Below are positions 1-13,428 of a stretch of 64,000 nt of DNA, piece after piece. Numbering within the stretch: position 1 is the stretch's first letter; each line of letters starts with the position of its first letter. Location of the stretch: contig NC_043011.1 of NCBI RefSeq assembly GCF_006345805.1, positions 28,594,464-28,658,463 of the forward strand, written 5' to 3'. The notes beneath the pieces are model-generated. The model ran no database searches. It saw nothing but the letters and a program-made list of their open reading frames with translations, and was not told the DNA's origin. Both the position numbers and the translations under genes were made by a program. Origin of the DNA: Octopus sinensis. Taxonomy: Eukaryota.

Positions 1-1224
1 ACCTCGAACCACTTATTTTGCTTCTCCAATGCGTTGTATACTGAACATCTATAGCAACCCTGTGGTTACGACCCTTGAAACACTCCTAGGGTATATGAAG
101 GATCATTATTACAAACATATTCAATCATTTAGTTCAAGAAATATTTAAAATTGCACATCTTTGTTACAATTCCTCTCGAAAATTAGGGTCTCAGAAACCG
201 AATTCCCGCACCCAGTAACAAATAGTATCGTCGATATCGACATCCAATAGGTCAATGTATCATGAATCTTCATATATGAGAAACGGATATTTTCCAGATA
301 TTACATTAACCAGTAACATTTCTTAACTGAAGGACAGAGGTATTACTTCACTGTCGGTATTGGACTCTATTTCTTCTGGATAGCTTATAGATACCTGATT
401 CTCCAAGTCTAACATTCGTAATTGATTGTTCTCGGGTTTAGGGAGATACACGAAATTGTTTCAACTTCGTGACCAAAGACTTATGAAAGTGAATTGTCTC
501 TATTTATCAAATACTAATCCAGTCACTTTCACCCGGCAACTCAGCTGTAGTATTATAATTACAATAACAATTTCTTTTCTCGCCTTAATCCCACATTTAT
601 ACAGTCGATTGGAACGACCTTTATATAGGACAGGTACTTATTTTATAGGTCTCGGAAGTTGAAACAAAAAGAAAGAAAAAACTCCTACAGGGCTTTACCA
701 AATACATGTCCTACAGGACATAACCAAATGCTCCAAGGAATTTTTATCTACAATTCTACCGAGTTAGCCAGGCTTTCATGGCTTCTGATCTCAACTGATT
801 GTTGTAAAAAATCGGCTACAGAAAATATTCTGCTCAATACCAGATATTTGCTTGTCAGTTGCTTGATCTTATACAGTTGAGCATGTCCTTTAGTGGCTGA
901 TGATATGTGCATCTCTGAAAACGAACAGGAGCAGTGGAGTATCACCATAGCTATGTGCCGAGAGAGATTCTTTGGGGTTTGAATAATTCACCTCTGGAAA
1001 CATGGGTGTTTCATTGATCATCCTTAAACAACCCTTCAGTGACCTTTGAGCAGGTTGAGCTACTCAACCTGAAGAAAATTCTGACTACAAGGTCATGTAC
1101 CGTATATCTTAATATAAGGTCACCATGTCGTGTACATATGGCTGTGAGACATGTGCCTGGTGTACCCTTATCGGACGAGAAGTCATGATCGGTATATTGC
1201 TAATGTTGCTCTCTACTGACATAA

Positions 1225-1340
1225 TTATTTATTTATTATTATTTTATTATTATCATTATTATTATTATTATTATTATTATTTTATTATTATTATTATTAC
1301 TATCATTATTATTATGATAATCATCATCATTATCATCACC
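1225..1340. repeat. (ATT)n/(ATC)n microsatellite
   Basis: Direct reading of trinucleotide repeats. Confidence 0.9.
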
Positions 1341-2405
1341 TGAGTCAGCGCGTAAGAGATCGCATAGAGACACCCTTTCATTCAAAACTCTATAAATAAG
1401 GAATAGAATCATTGTTTTTTTTCTATAACACTAGATGTATGATTCCTAAGATTATCTCGCTTTCACTTTTGAGCTGATATTAAACGATTGATCTACCACA
1501 TCTGGATGCGAATATGATTTAAATGAAACAAGAATTTATTCTGTATGGTATTCATTGTACCCTCATTTGCCTGTGCTATCTACTGTGAATTCTGTGAGTT
1601 CAATTCCATTCCATTTATGTAAATTACTTAAACCATAAGTCATAACCATACACTTTCTTTTGTTTTTGTTTTTTTCTCTTTTGTACATGACTAAATATAT
1701 CCTATACTGAGTAAAGGTGGGATAATTGCTGAATTGATGACACCTATTGAAGGAGAGGCGATTGGTCTACTCCTAAGGAAGCGAATTATATGTCAGCAAT
1801 TAATCACTCTCTCTCTCTCTCTCTTGCTATCTATTTATATATACCTCTCTCTATCTATCTGCTTATCCATCTGCCTATTTATCTCACTCTCTGTTAAAAC
1901 TATGCTTTCCTTCGTTCTGACAAGTTGTTGATGTAAGAGATGCGTCATAAGTATTACATAGTTTACTTCGAAAAGGTGTGATAGTGAGAGGAAGTGTTGG
2001 AAAAGTTTCTATTACTCATATGTATATATATATACACTTAAATTAGAAACATTATACAAAAATATGTAAATTATAAGACATCTCTAAACTATTTCTTTCC
2101 TTTGACCTTCAGTATGTGACTAAAGTCTTCGAAATAGTTGCAGAAGATGAATAAATTGTTTGGAATAGTGATAGTTACATCAGCAGCTTCTGAATTCTTT
2201 TCAGTATTAGTGTTAATCTTCATGTTTTGTGACAACGATCACTGTTCCAGCTGTGGCCAATACTGTCTTCTCTGCTGATATAACATTTTTCTGAATTAAA
2301 TTTTTCAATAAAGTTTACCCTTTATAAGACGGCGGAGCTGAGGATATTTTTCAACATGCACAGAGTACCATAAACGCAACCAATCATACGACTGCATGTA
2401 CTGAT

Positions 2406-2623
2406 ATGTGTGTGTGCGCGCGTGCATGCGTGTGTGGTGTGTGTTTGTGTGTGTGAGTGTGTGTGAGTGTGTGTGAGTGTGAGTGTGTGTGTATATATAA
2501 TCATGTGCGCGTGCACATACTAACACACTCACACAAATACACACAAACATACACAAACACATACACGCACACACACACGCAGCACACACACTTACACACA
2601 CGCACACACACACGCGCGCGCGC

Positions 2624-2675
<52 letters not shown>
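2406..2675. repeat. Compound (TG)n-(CA)n-(TA)n microsatellite
   Basis: Direct reading; accounts for the CV/HT/IY ORFs here. Confidence 0.9.
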
Positions 2676-2683
<8 letters not shown>

Positions 2684-3596
2684 CGAGATCAATAAAATAA
2701 GCACCAGTTGAGCTCTGGAATAGAAGTAATAGACTTATCCCCTGGCCCAAAATGGCTGGCTTTGTGCCAAAGTTTGAAATCTATATCAGCAGAATTTCAA
2801 GAGAGAATGTAAAAGAAGCTGAATGAATATTGGCAACGCATAAAACGGCGTTCCTCTGATTTTTTTACAAAGAGAAAGATTCAAAGTTAATCATTTCTAC
2901 GAGACGAACCATATCGCGAGTGTTCGAACTGTAAGAGGCAACAGCTAAATCTCATTCAAATCATGCTATACTATCTTTGAAACAAAAAAATCACATTAAT
3001 TAACCATAAATAATTTTAACCCTTATACACCTGTTAAAATATCTTACTTTTTGTCAATTACTTTTGAAAATAATGAATTTAGTAAAATAACTATAGTTAA
3101 CTGCTATATGGAACAAATTAACATAAATTTTGATGAAGGGCTTTTAATTTAGACCAATTTAAGCAAGAAGTTTGTATCGTTGAGTCAAGGATGATGTCAA
3201 GTGGGCTGTTCTCAAAATGTCTAGATAACGTAATGTTCCCAGCTACAATGTCATTTGTCGCATGTCCACTGGATCAGGGTTATCAGAATCTAAACAACTA
3301 CTGCAATAACAAACACTAAAGACATATACAACATCATCTAATCCATACATATAACAAATAATTGCTATCCATACCAAACTCTCCATAGCAAAATACGATT
3401 GTTCACTATCAATAATAAAAAGCGATATTTGCAATGTATAAAAAACAGAAAAAGGTTTACAATTCGAAAGAACTACTGACATTTACAATCTATAAGAACG
3501 ACAAGCATTTGCTTTAATGACAATTTCTATTATGTATTATTACATTCAGCTATTTACTACCGATACAGTACACTACAATACACCCTGTCCCCGCAC

Positions 3597-3633
<37 letters not shown>

Positions 3634-4019
3634 ACATGCACACACAAAATAACAGCAAGGACCCAACCATTTACCATTCCAGAACAACTAATGACATTTA
3701 TAATCTATAAATCAGAAACGGAAGCAAATACATTACCCATGTTCAAGAACTACAACTAGTTTATTTGGAGCTCATCACAGATCGAGTGCTCAGGTTAAGC
3801 TTCTGTCTGATTTCTTGATTTGCTAAAAATAGCCACTCAGTATCCTCAAAATTACACTCTAGCATCGAAAATTGAACTACACGTGAGTGTTGTAATCTAA
3901 GATGCGCTAAATACAAGCCAGGATGTTCATGGATGGATTGCTTTTGATAACACGTCGACCTGGACTTAAACAAAACCAACACCAATAACAATATATATAT
4001 ATGCATGCATGTATGTATG

Positions 4020-4077
<58 letters not shown>

Positions 4078-4153
4078 TCACTTCCATATTTTGGCAACAC
4101 TCACAAAACCAACGCAATTCATGGAGAATAAGGAAAATATTAAAAACTACATA

Positions 4154-4524
4154 TTACTTTTTTACTTGTTTCAGTCATTTGACCGTAGCCAAATCTGGAG
4201 CACCGCCTTTAGTCGAGCAAATCGATTCCAGGACTTATTCTTTGTAAACCAAGTACTTAATCTATCGGTCTCTTTTGCCGAACCGCTAAGTTACGGGGAG
4301 GTAAACACACCAGCATTGGTTGCCAACCAATGTGTGTGGGGGGACAAACACAGAAAAACAAACATATATACACACACTTACATATACAACATATACATAT
4401 ATACGACGGGTTTCTTTCAGTTTCCGTCTACCAAATCCACTCACAAGGCTTTGGTCGGCCCGAGGCTATAGTAGAAGACACTCTCCCAAGGAGCCACGCA
4501 GTGAAACCGAACCCGGAACCATGT
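4154..4524 (-). mobile_element. SINE type A (tRNA-like head, central module, internal CA/TA microsatellite, LINE-like tail), start of head missing
   Basis: Matches more than 10 other copies in the window (e.g. 35887-36295, 50211-50668). Flanked by (TA)n at 4000-4075 and (TG)n at 4528-4670. Confidence 0.9.
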
Positions 4525-4527
4525 GAT

Positions 4528-4566
<39 letters not shown>

Positions 4567-4576
4567 TGTATGTGTG

Positions 4577-4624
<48 letters not shown>

Positions 4625-4640
4625 TGTCTGTGTGTGTCTG

Positions 4641-4672
<32 letters not shown>

Positions 4673-4994
4673 ACCAGTAAAAGTATAATGATCAGAGTTC
4701 GAAATAACGTGATAAGGATATGTCTGTTTACTTCATTTTGTGAGTTTATCTCACCACGGAAAGGTGCTTTAGCTTCTCCCCGCTTTCCGTTAGCTCATGA
4801 GGTTATTATTCTGTCTGGCTATTTCGAATCGTTTTAACTCTTATTTCTAGTAATTGCCGGTACTAATTTGTACTCTTATTTATTAACTTGCCTTTAGGTT
4901 TTAATTGCTAACGAGCCACCTACATTGTAATAATGTAGTATATTTTTAATATATTATTATTATATTTCGCGTACTATATATATATTATTATTAT

Positions 4995-5091
<97 letters not shown>

Positions 5092-5094
5092 GTT

Positions 5095-5440
5095 GTATAC
5101 TGTAACTTAACGTGACAGTCTTGTAAGGGAATTACACCACCGCTGTTTAGCCCTAGGAAGCATCGACGCTTCCTGTCGGCCTTGACACATTTCCTGTGTC
5201 CTTATATATTTACGAAGGGGAGACAAACACCCCCAACGGCTATATATAAAAGTAGTTTTAGAGACAGAACCACCTTCAACTCAATCAACATTGAAAGATA
5301 TTATACACGACCGAGCCATAAAATAATAAAATAATACCACTTTGATATATATGAATAAAATATTGAGAGAAGTTCACTTTAGTACCTTTAATCTGAACGT
5401 CTCATTCCTGTGGACTTTGAATTAATCTTCGCTCATAATT
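5095..5440 (-). mobile_element. Decayed relative of the 45.8-kb hammerhead element (PLE-terminus-like)
   Basis: Collinear blocks shared with 45764-45985: TTTAGCCCYAGG..ATCGACG, a GACAC-loop-GTGTC hairpin, AAGGG(G)AGA..CCCC and a degenerate hammerhead at the equivalent position. Follows a (TA)n(GA)n run. Confidence 0.45.
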
Positions 5441-6065
5441 ATAAAATAATAATAATAATAATAATAATAATTAATAATAATAATAATAATAATATATATA
5501 TATATATATATACATATATAAAGGCAGATAAATTAATTTAGTAACAAAATTAAGGAGAATATTGTTCCGTGATATGAAAACATAAACTTTTAATATGTAT
5601 GATTAGAAACTTTTCTGAAACAAAGAAATTAATTTAGCTTAATGATAAAGTGGGCGGAAATATGTTCCACTAATAAACGCTTAAAATTTTATATCTCCTG
5701 ACACCAAATCAATCACGTCATATGCATGCTTCTAATTAGTTCTTCATAAATTTCTGTTCACAAGTATTATAGAGCCTTGCTTGTTCGAGTATGCTCTGAT
5801 AGTCTGTGTATGGCTTATATCTAGAAGATCCCAAAATTCACTGAATTTGGAACGATTTAGTGTTGAACAATATATGCCTTGGATATTTCGGTTACCTTGG
5901 ATCTTCATGAATAGGGGTGTGCTGAAAAGTTTCTGAATTTAAGGGTGTCGCGAAAGGCTTGGCTGATGGTCCAACCTTCCGAGTTCTTTTACATGGCTTA
6001 GAAAAAAATAAAGGACTGCTGCAATAAGTGTGTGAATCTGTGAGGGTAATATGTTGAATAAAATT

Positions 6066-6122
6066 ACTGCGATGGACTGGCGTCCCGTCCAGCTTGGGAA
6101 CACATACGCCTTTGAAACCAAG
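6066..6122 (+). mobile_element. SINE type B fragment
   Basis: ctgcgatggactggcgtcccgtccagcttgggaacacatacgcc matches 61228-61270. Confidence 0.75.
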
Positions 6123-6972
6123 AACTTTTCAGCACCTACTCCTATTTCAAACTATTACGAACAAACCAAACAGCGAGAACCAATACAATGACGTGACTAT
6201 TCATTGTTAACGTGTTACAACAGATTCGAATGTGAACATGCCTTACACCAGTATCCCAAAGTCCACATATGTCACTGAAGCTTTTATATTATCAACATGG
6301 ATAGTCTGAAGGGAGATGGGCAGAATTCATATTTATGCATCCCATATAACCCCATATAACTTCTTTATTTTGGGGAATTTTCAGAAAATTTTTATGAATT
6401 TGGGTTTTACACACGAAAATTCATACACTTATGTAAAAAAAAAAATGTGCCCATCTGTGTAGTTTAAAGGCGATTTAGCTGTTATTTTTCGCACATCTCA
6501 GAACCGGCTGACAGCCACGTTTCTTTTTTTCACTCGGACATGTATTGATGTTTTTTCAATATTTTTTCCCCATAAACACATTTAATGGAATGATGATGCA
6601 CCCAAGAGTGGTCCATTGCTGGATTTAAGCAAAAACTTCGGAGTGTCAGTATTTGAAACTCTTAAAACAATTCGAAAAAGAGTGCCCTTTTAGGATTTCC
6701 GGGGCGGGGGGAGAGGTCTTTTTTTTTTGCATAGTCGTATGAATTACCGCGTATAGAACATAAATTCATAAAAGTTTTCGAAAATTCCAAGAAATAAAAT
6801 TATGAGAAGTTATATGGGGGTGGGTGCTTAAACCAGAATATTACATAGAGATGTTCTCCAATAGCGCTATACAACAGCAATAGACACGTTCATGTTCATA
6901 TCCGCCGGAATATGTCAAGAATGATTACATACATCATTGGTTTCACGAATTGCTATGGTAATCAAAACACTA

Positions 6973-7232
6973 AAAAATAATAAATACGCCCTTTTAAAGC
7001 CTAGCCAGGCTCATTGGCCCGGTTTCCCGGTTTCAATGGCGTATGTGTTCCCAAGCTGGACGGGACACCAGTCCATTGCAGCGTTACTCATTTTTTCCAG
7101 CTGAGTAGACTGGAGCAACGTGAAATGAAGTGTTTTGCTCAAGAACACAACGCGTCGCCCGGTCCAGCAATCGAAACCACAATCATACGATCATGATGCT
7201 GACACCCTAACCACTAAGCCACGCGCCTCTAC
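6973..7232 (-). mobile_element. Full-length SINE type B
   Basis: A box (TGGCTTAGTGG) and B box (GGTTTCGATTGC) on the minus strand. 13-bp TSD AATCAAAACACTA at 6960-6972 and 7233-7245. Homologous to 61077-61335. Confidence 0.92.
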
Positions 7233-7942
7233 AATCAAAACACTAGGAAACACTTTTTTGATAATTCGATGAAGAGTTTCTCAGCGTACCTAATTACAGA
7301 TATTATACTGATGTATACAATACAAAATACCCAAATGGATGTAAAAGGGATTCTTTTACGATGCTACTTCCATGCAGGTCAAGACATTTTGCGTATCTGT
7401 TCCCCTTCATTGTTTCATTAAGCTTCTCACACTTACCCTCAAATTAGCCCTGCCCTAATCCTTTGACAATTCAATTATGTTCCGTATTAGCAATTTAGAG
7501 GGAAGTTGTTAAAGTAATACAAATTGCAAATACACGCACTTAGGCATACACACAGAGACATAATTTCCATACATGCATATATGTATGCATTTATCTATAT
7601 GTATGTGTGTGTGTTTGTGTGTGTGAATGTGGGTGTGTGTGTGTATATATAGATAAATATTTGTGTGTAAAGGATTTCTTTACATGATCGGTGATCATCT
7701 AAACCATACATATAATGTCTAGCGATGGTCACTGAAACACGTGAACAGATATACAATGCTATATATAAATAATTTCTTAATATAAATACCTAACCTTGTT
7801 TTTGTACATATATATATATATATATATTTTCAATACTTATAACCAAAGACTACAGATATTTCGCTAAAACAAGATGCATTCTATTCGCATAGAGTTCTAA
7901 ATATTAGATATATTCTAAGTGCTTTAACGTGCAGTTACAAAC

Positions 7943-7944
<2 letters not shown>

Positions 7945-8026
<82 letters not shown>

Positions 8027-8492
8027 GTATATATATATATGATCTTCTAGATATATATATATATATATACGCACATGCATATATAAATATATATATCTTT
8101 TTAATTTGTACAACTGTTGCTGTGTGTAGTTGCATGCATATGATGGGCAATGTCTGAATATTTATGTATGTATTTGTACATAGATGCGTACATTTGTGCA
8201 TAGATGTGCACATACAAATATACACACGCGGAAATATTACAATAGGCCACACACGCACTTCAACCTAACCTACAAAACTTTGTCGCTTTAACTATTTCAT
8301 TATATATTTTTTTTTACATTTCTTTTGATCTGTCTGCCAATAAATAGTCTACGCCACGCATACTATATGTAACCACTCAAACACACACACACACACACAC
8401 ACATACACACACATGTACATACATACATGCACACACATATATTTACATGCATAATACACATAATTTCTCGAAAAAAGTAACAAATTTGTGAG

Positions 8493-8567
<75 letters not shown>

Positions 8568-8613
8568 TACACATATATATACAAATATATATATGAATAT
8601 ATAAAAATGTAAA

Positions 8614-8672
<59 letters not shown>

Positions 8673-8875
8673 CATACAGATACACACAAACACCTATTAC
8701 TAGCAGTCTAGATAGCTATATATATATATATAATATATATATGTGTATGTGTGATCAAGACAAGCGAAATATTCCTATGACAATAGCTAGTATATTTTAA
8801 ATAATTACCTATAGATGTGTGCGAATTTGTATGCATGTATGTACGTACCTACGTATGTACATATGTATGTAGGTA

Positions 8876-8917
<42 letters not shown>

Positions 8918-9000
8918 TAACATATATACATAGATATACATATGTATATACATACATATATGCATATATATGTGTATGCATATGATATATATATATATGC
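7945..9000. repeat. Cluster of long (TA)n/(CA)n arrays
   Basis: Direct reading (e.g. 7945-8070, 8495-8670, 8878-8915). Confidence 0.85.
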
Positions 9001-9458
9001 AGACACACATGCGTAGACACGAAAGTATATACTATATTGGATCAATTAGCTATTATCACAATAATGTTTCGTTGTTTTTCACTTTTTGTGCCATTTAAAA
9101 TGTCTTTGTGCAAATTGACAAGTTGAATGAATAGATAAAAAAGAAAGGAAATATTCAAATTGGTATTATGCAGTAATACAATTCTAGTTTTTTTCCCCTT
9201 CTATAATTTAAGTTTATTACTTAAATTTAAGCTTATTATCTTTATTTTATAAATATTTACTATTTACATTCTTTATGTATGTTTCGTCAAAAGAAAACTA
9301 AAACTAAATGTGATCTTAAGAAGTTATAGAAACAAATAGATGTCTGTAGTGTGATCGGCAATCTGGCACTAGCTTCTTCTTCGAATATCAGAAGTCTAGC
9401 GGTAATTTTCTTCATAATGTATCCCTAATCTACATATGAATGATTACATATGGATTTG

Positions 9459-9459
<1 letters not shown>

Positions 9460-9544
<85 letters not shown>

Positions 9545-9582
9545 CACATAGACAGACAAAAAACAGGGAGATATATATATAC

Positions 9583-9645
<63 letters not shown>
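9460..9645. repeat. (GATA)n followed by (TA)n
   Basis: Direct reading. Confidence 0.95.
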
Positions 9646-9648
<3 letters not shown>

Positions 9649-9815
9649 AGAATAATCAGCTGAAATTGCTAGGATAATCTGGTTCTTGACTGAAGATAGG
9701 AAACTTCGAATGACCCGTCCCTGTTTTCTTTGTATCATCTATCTGGATGTTTTGTTGTCCCTTTTTGTATCACCTAGTTCTACCGATGTTTTACGTTCTT
9801 GTCCCATTTTATATT
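9646..9815 (+). mobile_element. Short TA-flanked interspersed repeat (PLE-terminus-like)
   Basis: Homologous to the reverse complement of 45375-45470 (aatcagcYgaaattgctaggatRatcYgg..cgaatg..gttttacgttcttgtccca). (TA)n on both sides. Confidence 0.55.
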
Positions 9816-9827
9816 AAATATATATAT

Positions 9828-10220
9828 CTTCTTTTTTACTTGCTTCAGTCATTAGACTAGGCATTGCCTTGAAGAATTTTTAGTCGAGTAAATTGACCCC
9901 AATACTTCTTTTGTTTTTTTCAAGCCTGGTACTTATCGTATCGGTTTCTTGGTTGAACCGCTATGTTACGGGAATACTCCAACGTAATCACACCAACACT
10001 GGTTGTCAAGCGGTAGTGGGGGTACAAACACAGACACAAAGACACACACACACATACACCGGAATTCTTTCAGTTTTTGTCGACCAAATCCACTTACAAG
10101 GCTTTGGTCGTCCCAATGCTATTATAGAAAACATTTGCCGCAAAGCGCCAACCAGTGGGAATGAACCCGGAGTCATGTAGTTGGAAAGTAAGATTCATTC
10201 CACACAGCCACGACTGCGCC
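9828..10220 (-). mobile_element. SINE type A, diverged full-length copy
   Basis: Alignable over its whole length to other type A copies; sits in TA repeats. Confidence 0.85.
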
Positions 10221-10639
10221 TATATATATATATATATATACATACATATATGAGTGTGTGCGCACACACACGTATGTATGGCATTTACGCACTATATCAA
10301 AGTAAGATAAACAGATTAATATTCGTTACATTGACCATTTTCGTTGCTAATATCTGGTTTGATTTCAGTCGGCTAGTTTTTTGGAACATCAGTTACAGTT
10401 TAGTCAGTATCAAACCACATCGATTTGACGAGATTCCAGTTTAACATTCGATGTTTAGTGGTCTGTTGCTGATGATACAAAAATAGCTGAAATCACGTGA
10501 TGCAATAGTTTGTTAGCTGTTATAATCTGTGCTTTTTAGCACTATTTGTCTATACGTGATGATTATTCAGAATAATTACTACAGTTTATGGCGTTTAGAC
10601 AGCACATCTAGGTTAAGTTTGGATGTATATATATATATA

Positions 10640-10810
10640 TATAGTTAATCCAAACATGAAAACACAAAGAGAAAACACAACAACGCGAAGACGTGGAACA
10701 AGTATAGTATTATTGGAGCTCTTCGTCAGAAACATAGGAAAAGGAAAGATCCAAAGAAGGGAAGAAGGAGGGAAAAAATCGCCAACGATACACACGCGGT
10801 CACATTTTGA
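10640..10810 (-). mobile_element. PLE-type terminal repeat fragment with an internally deleted hammerhead
   Basis: Minus strand reads GTTT-CTGACGA-A-GAGCTC, then jumps to ccaataatac... The 3' part is homologous to 59880-59960. Confidence 0.6.
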
Positions 10811-10843
10811 ATATATACGTATATATGTGTGTATGTGTGTGTA

Positions 10844-10888
<45 letters not shown>

Positions 10889-11976
10889 TATGTATGCGTC
10901 CTTCAGTTGAAGAGTGCTAATTTCTGATCAAACTCCTGCCAGGCCGAAGCTCATCTAATCTGCACACCATATCTCGTCTATTCGACTACTGGCCTTTCTT
11001 TTTAAAACTCGCGCTTCACTGCCCGGGCCGCGTGTATCCTTCCGCGGCCAGCAGTGATTGGTTAGTTTCGGCAAAACGACTAAATTAAGCTACCATCAGT
11101 AAATAGTGCTAATATGACTTGCTACAAAGGTAATGCGACCGAGTTAAATCCTACCCGCAAGGTCGTTGGCCTATATCAGAAACAATTATCAAATATGGTG
11201 GATAGACAGAACGGTGGAATGTTAGGTAAAATGCCATGGAATATTTTTCCCTGGCTCTTTATTTATTTATTCTTTTTCACTTCCTGCCGCGGTTAATTTA
11301 GCGTTCTATCCTTATGGATCGTTAAAATAGAGTACCAATCAAATATTGAGGTTTATATACGTTAGAGTTCATTATCTTTTAAATCTATTTCTCTGCTCTG
11401 TTTTTAGTATTGATCCTCTTCAACATTAAAGGACCAATGTTATTCCTTGATATCCATTAAATTAATAGCATTCAATTAAAGTATATGCGCGTGTGTGATT
11501 ATATATGCATATGCAAATACATATAAATTTATTGCTAGATTAACAGATAAATGTACGTATACACGTATGCATACATATATAGTGTACCGTTCACTTGCAG
11601 GTAGGATCATCGAAAGAGTATTTAATCCAGTGAAAGACAAGCATCATTTAATGAATACAGGATTTATACAGGTGCTCTTTCAAGTTTCAAACACGGATTG
11701 TACAGTAATCGTACGCGCTTGTATAGCCTACCGTCCACGGTCCAGCAATCGTTGAGGCTCAAATGATATGGCTGCAGCCGAGGAAAGGGAGAAAAAGATC
11801 ATGAGAAAAATAAAACAAGGACAAAAAGTTGGGGGAAAGAGAATAAAGCTTGTGATACTCCTTCATCTGATTAAACACAGAGTTTAAGAGAGAGAATGGG
11901 TGCATATGGTTGTATTATCGCTTCTTTAAGAAAAATGTCTCTTCATGGGTGCCCTTTACTGATGTCCCTGCACATA

Positions 11977-12190
11977 CTCTCTTTTGCTCTTTTACTTGTT
12001 TCAGTCATTTGACTGTGGCCATGCTGGAGCGCCACCCTTAGTCGAGCACATCGATTCCAGGACTTATTCTTTGTAAGCCTAGTACTTATTCTATCGGTCT
12101 CTTTTGCCGGACCGCCAAGTTACAGGGACGTAAACACACCAGCATCGGTTGTCAAGCGATGTTGGAGGGCAAACACAGACATATACACAC
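11977..12190 (-). mobile_element. SINE type A 3' half (its 5' half is at 13262-13428)
   Basis: Tail module matches other copies; the element is split at its internal TA microsatellite. Confidence 0.9.
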
Positions 12191-12201
12191 ACGTACATAT
12201 A

Positions 12202-12257
<56 letters not shown>

Positions 12258-12259
<2 letters not shown>

Positions 12260-12496
12260 TGAACCAAATACATTATACTCATTCTCAAAATGCAATTGGA
12301 ATTTCAGCATGTGCGTAGGAGTCGCTGTGTGGTAAGTAGCTTGCTTGCCAACCACAGGGCTCCGGGTTCAGTCCAACTGCGTGGCACCTTGGGCAAGTGT
12401 CTTCTACTATAGCCTCGGGCCGACCAAAGCCTTGTGAGTGGATTTGGGAGACGGAAACTGAAAGAAGCCCGTCGTATATATGTATGTATATATATA
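12258..12496 (+). repeat. Perfect inverted duplicate of 13245-13483 (SINE A 5' half plus about 55 bp of unique flank)
   Basis: Base-by-base reverse-complement match with no mismatch seen, including non-repetitive flank. Confidence 0.93.
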
Positions 12497-12505
12497 TGTG
12501 TTATA

Positions 12506-12579
<74 letters not shown>

Positions 12580-12621
12580 TTATATATATTACATATATAT
12601 GTATATATATATATATATATA

Positions 12622-12660
<39 letters not shown>

Positions 12661-12661
<1 letters not shown>

Positions 12662-13200
12662 AAATAGAAAGATGAATAATCTTGTAGTAGATTAATCAAA
12701 AGTTTAACCGATACTTAGTAGCAAAAATCACAGCAGTAAACAGCACGGTTGGAGGTACAACATCTGGCGTTGCAACCGTGCGTTGGTGGGATAATTGAAA
12801 TTAAAACATTATTGGTGAATTGAAGAAATGGAGCTGAACGCAGATTGAACAGAAATCGTTTTATTTCATTCTACACGTGTTTCGAAAGGCACAAATTACC
12901 AAAATCCGATTGAATAATGGGACCATATTGTGTCTTTCTCTTCAGGAAGAAAAAAGGAAATCCGTTGGAAAAACAAAAACAGAACAGAGGCGGAGCAAAA
13001 AACAAATCGAACTGTGCTCCTAAGAGCCCATGGCGAAACTGTTTATCAGTGTATGTTGAGAACCGGTGGCTGAAGAATTCAACGGGTCAGGCATCGGTCA
13101 ATCATGTGGGTGAGGGTGTATAGATGTTCTTTGTGACCGAGAATAAAGTTCTGTTCAATCTGCGTTCAGCTCCATTTCTTCAATTCACCAATAATGTTTT
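12661..13200 (-). mobile_element. ORF-less PLE-terminus-like insert in (TA)n with an approximately 51-bp inverted repeat and a hammerhead
   Basis: 12803-12853 is the reverse complement of 13150-13200. (TA)n on both sides; hammerhead between the arms. Confidence 0.75.
12864..12953 (-). ncRNA. Type I hammerhead ribozyme, canonical core, palindromic stem III
   Basis: CUGAAGA at 12945-12939. Stem II GAAAG/CUUUC extended by CACAA/UUGUG. GAAA, then palindrome ACACGUGU and a GUA cleavage triplet. Stem I is 3+4 bp with one mismatch. Confidence 0.8.
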
Positions 13201-13261
13201 ATATATAATATATATATATATATATACACATATATATATACATATATATATATACATACAT

Positions 13262-13428
13262 ATATACGACGGGCTTCTTTCAGTTTCCGTCTCCCAAATC
13301 CACTCACAAGGCTTTGGTCGGCCCGAGGCTATAGTAGAAGACACTTGCCCAAGGTGCCACGCAGTTGGACTGAACCCGGAGCCCTGTGGTTGGCAAGCAA
13401 GCTACTTACCACACAGCGACTCCTACGC
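13262..13428 (-). mobile_element. SINE type A 5' half
   Basis: Head and central module match other copies. Confidence 0.9.

Noticed and set aside
895-930. CTGATGA..GAAA hammerhead-like spacing
   Set aside because: No proper stem II closing pair, no stem III palindrome or NUH triplet, and no stem I.
770-1222. Possible 3' end of a non-LTR element next to the triplet array
   Set aside because: It looks familiar, but there is no second copy or coding motif in the window to support a call.
7683-7750. Hairpin followed by GAAACACGTG, hammerhead-like
   Set aside because: A good stem II and palindrome, but the core reads CATGATC and U16.1 and stem I are missing; at best a fossil.
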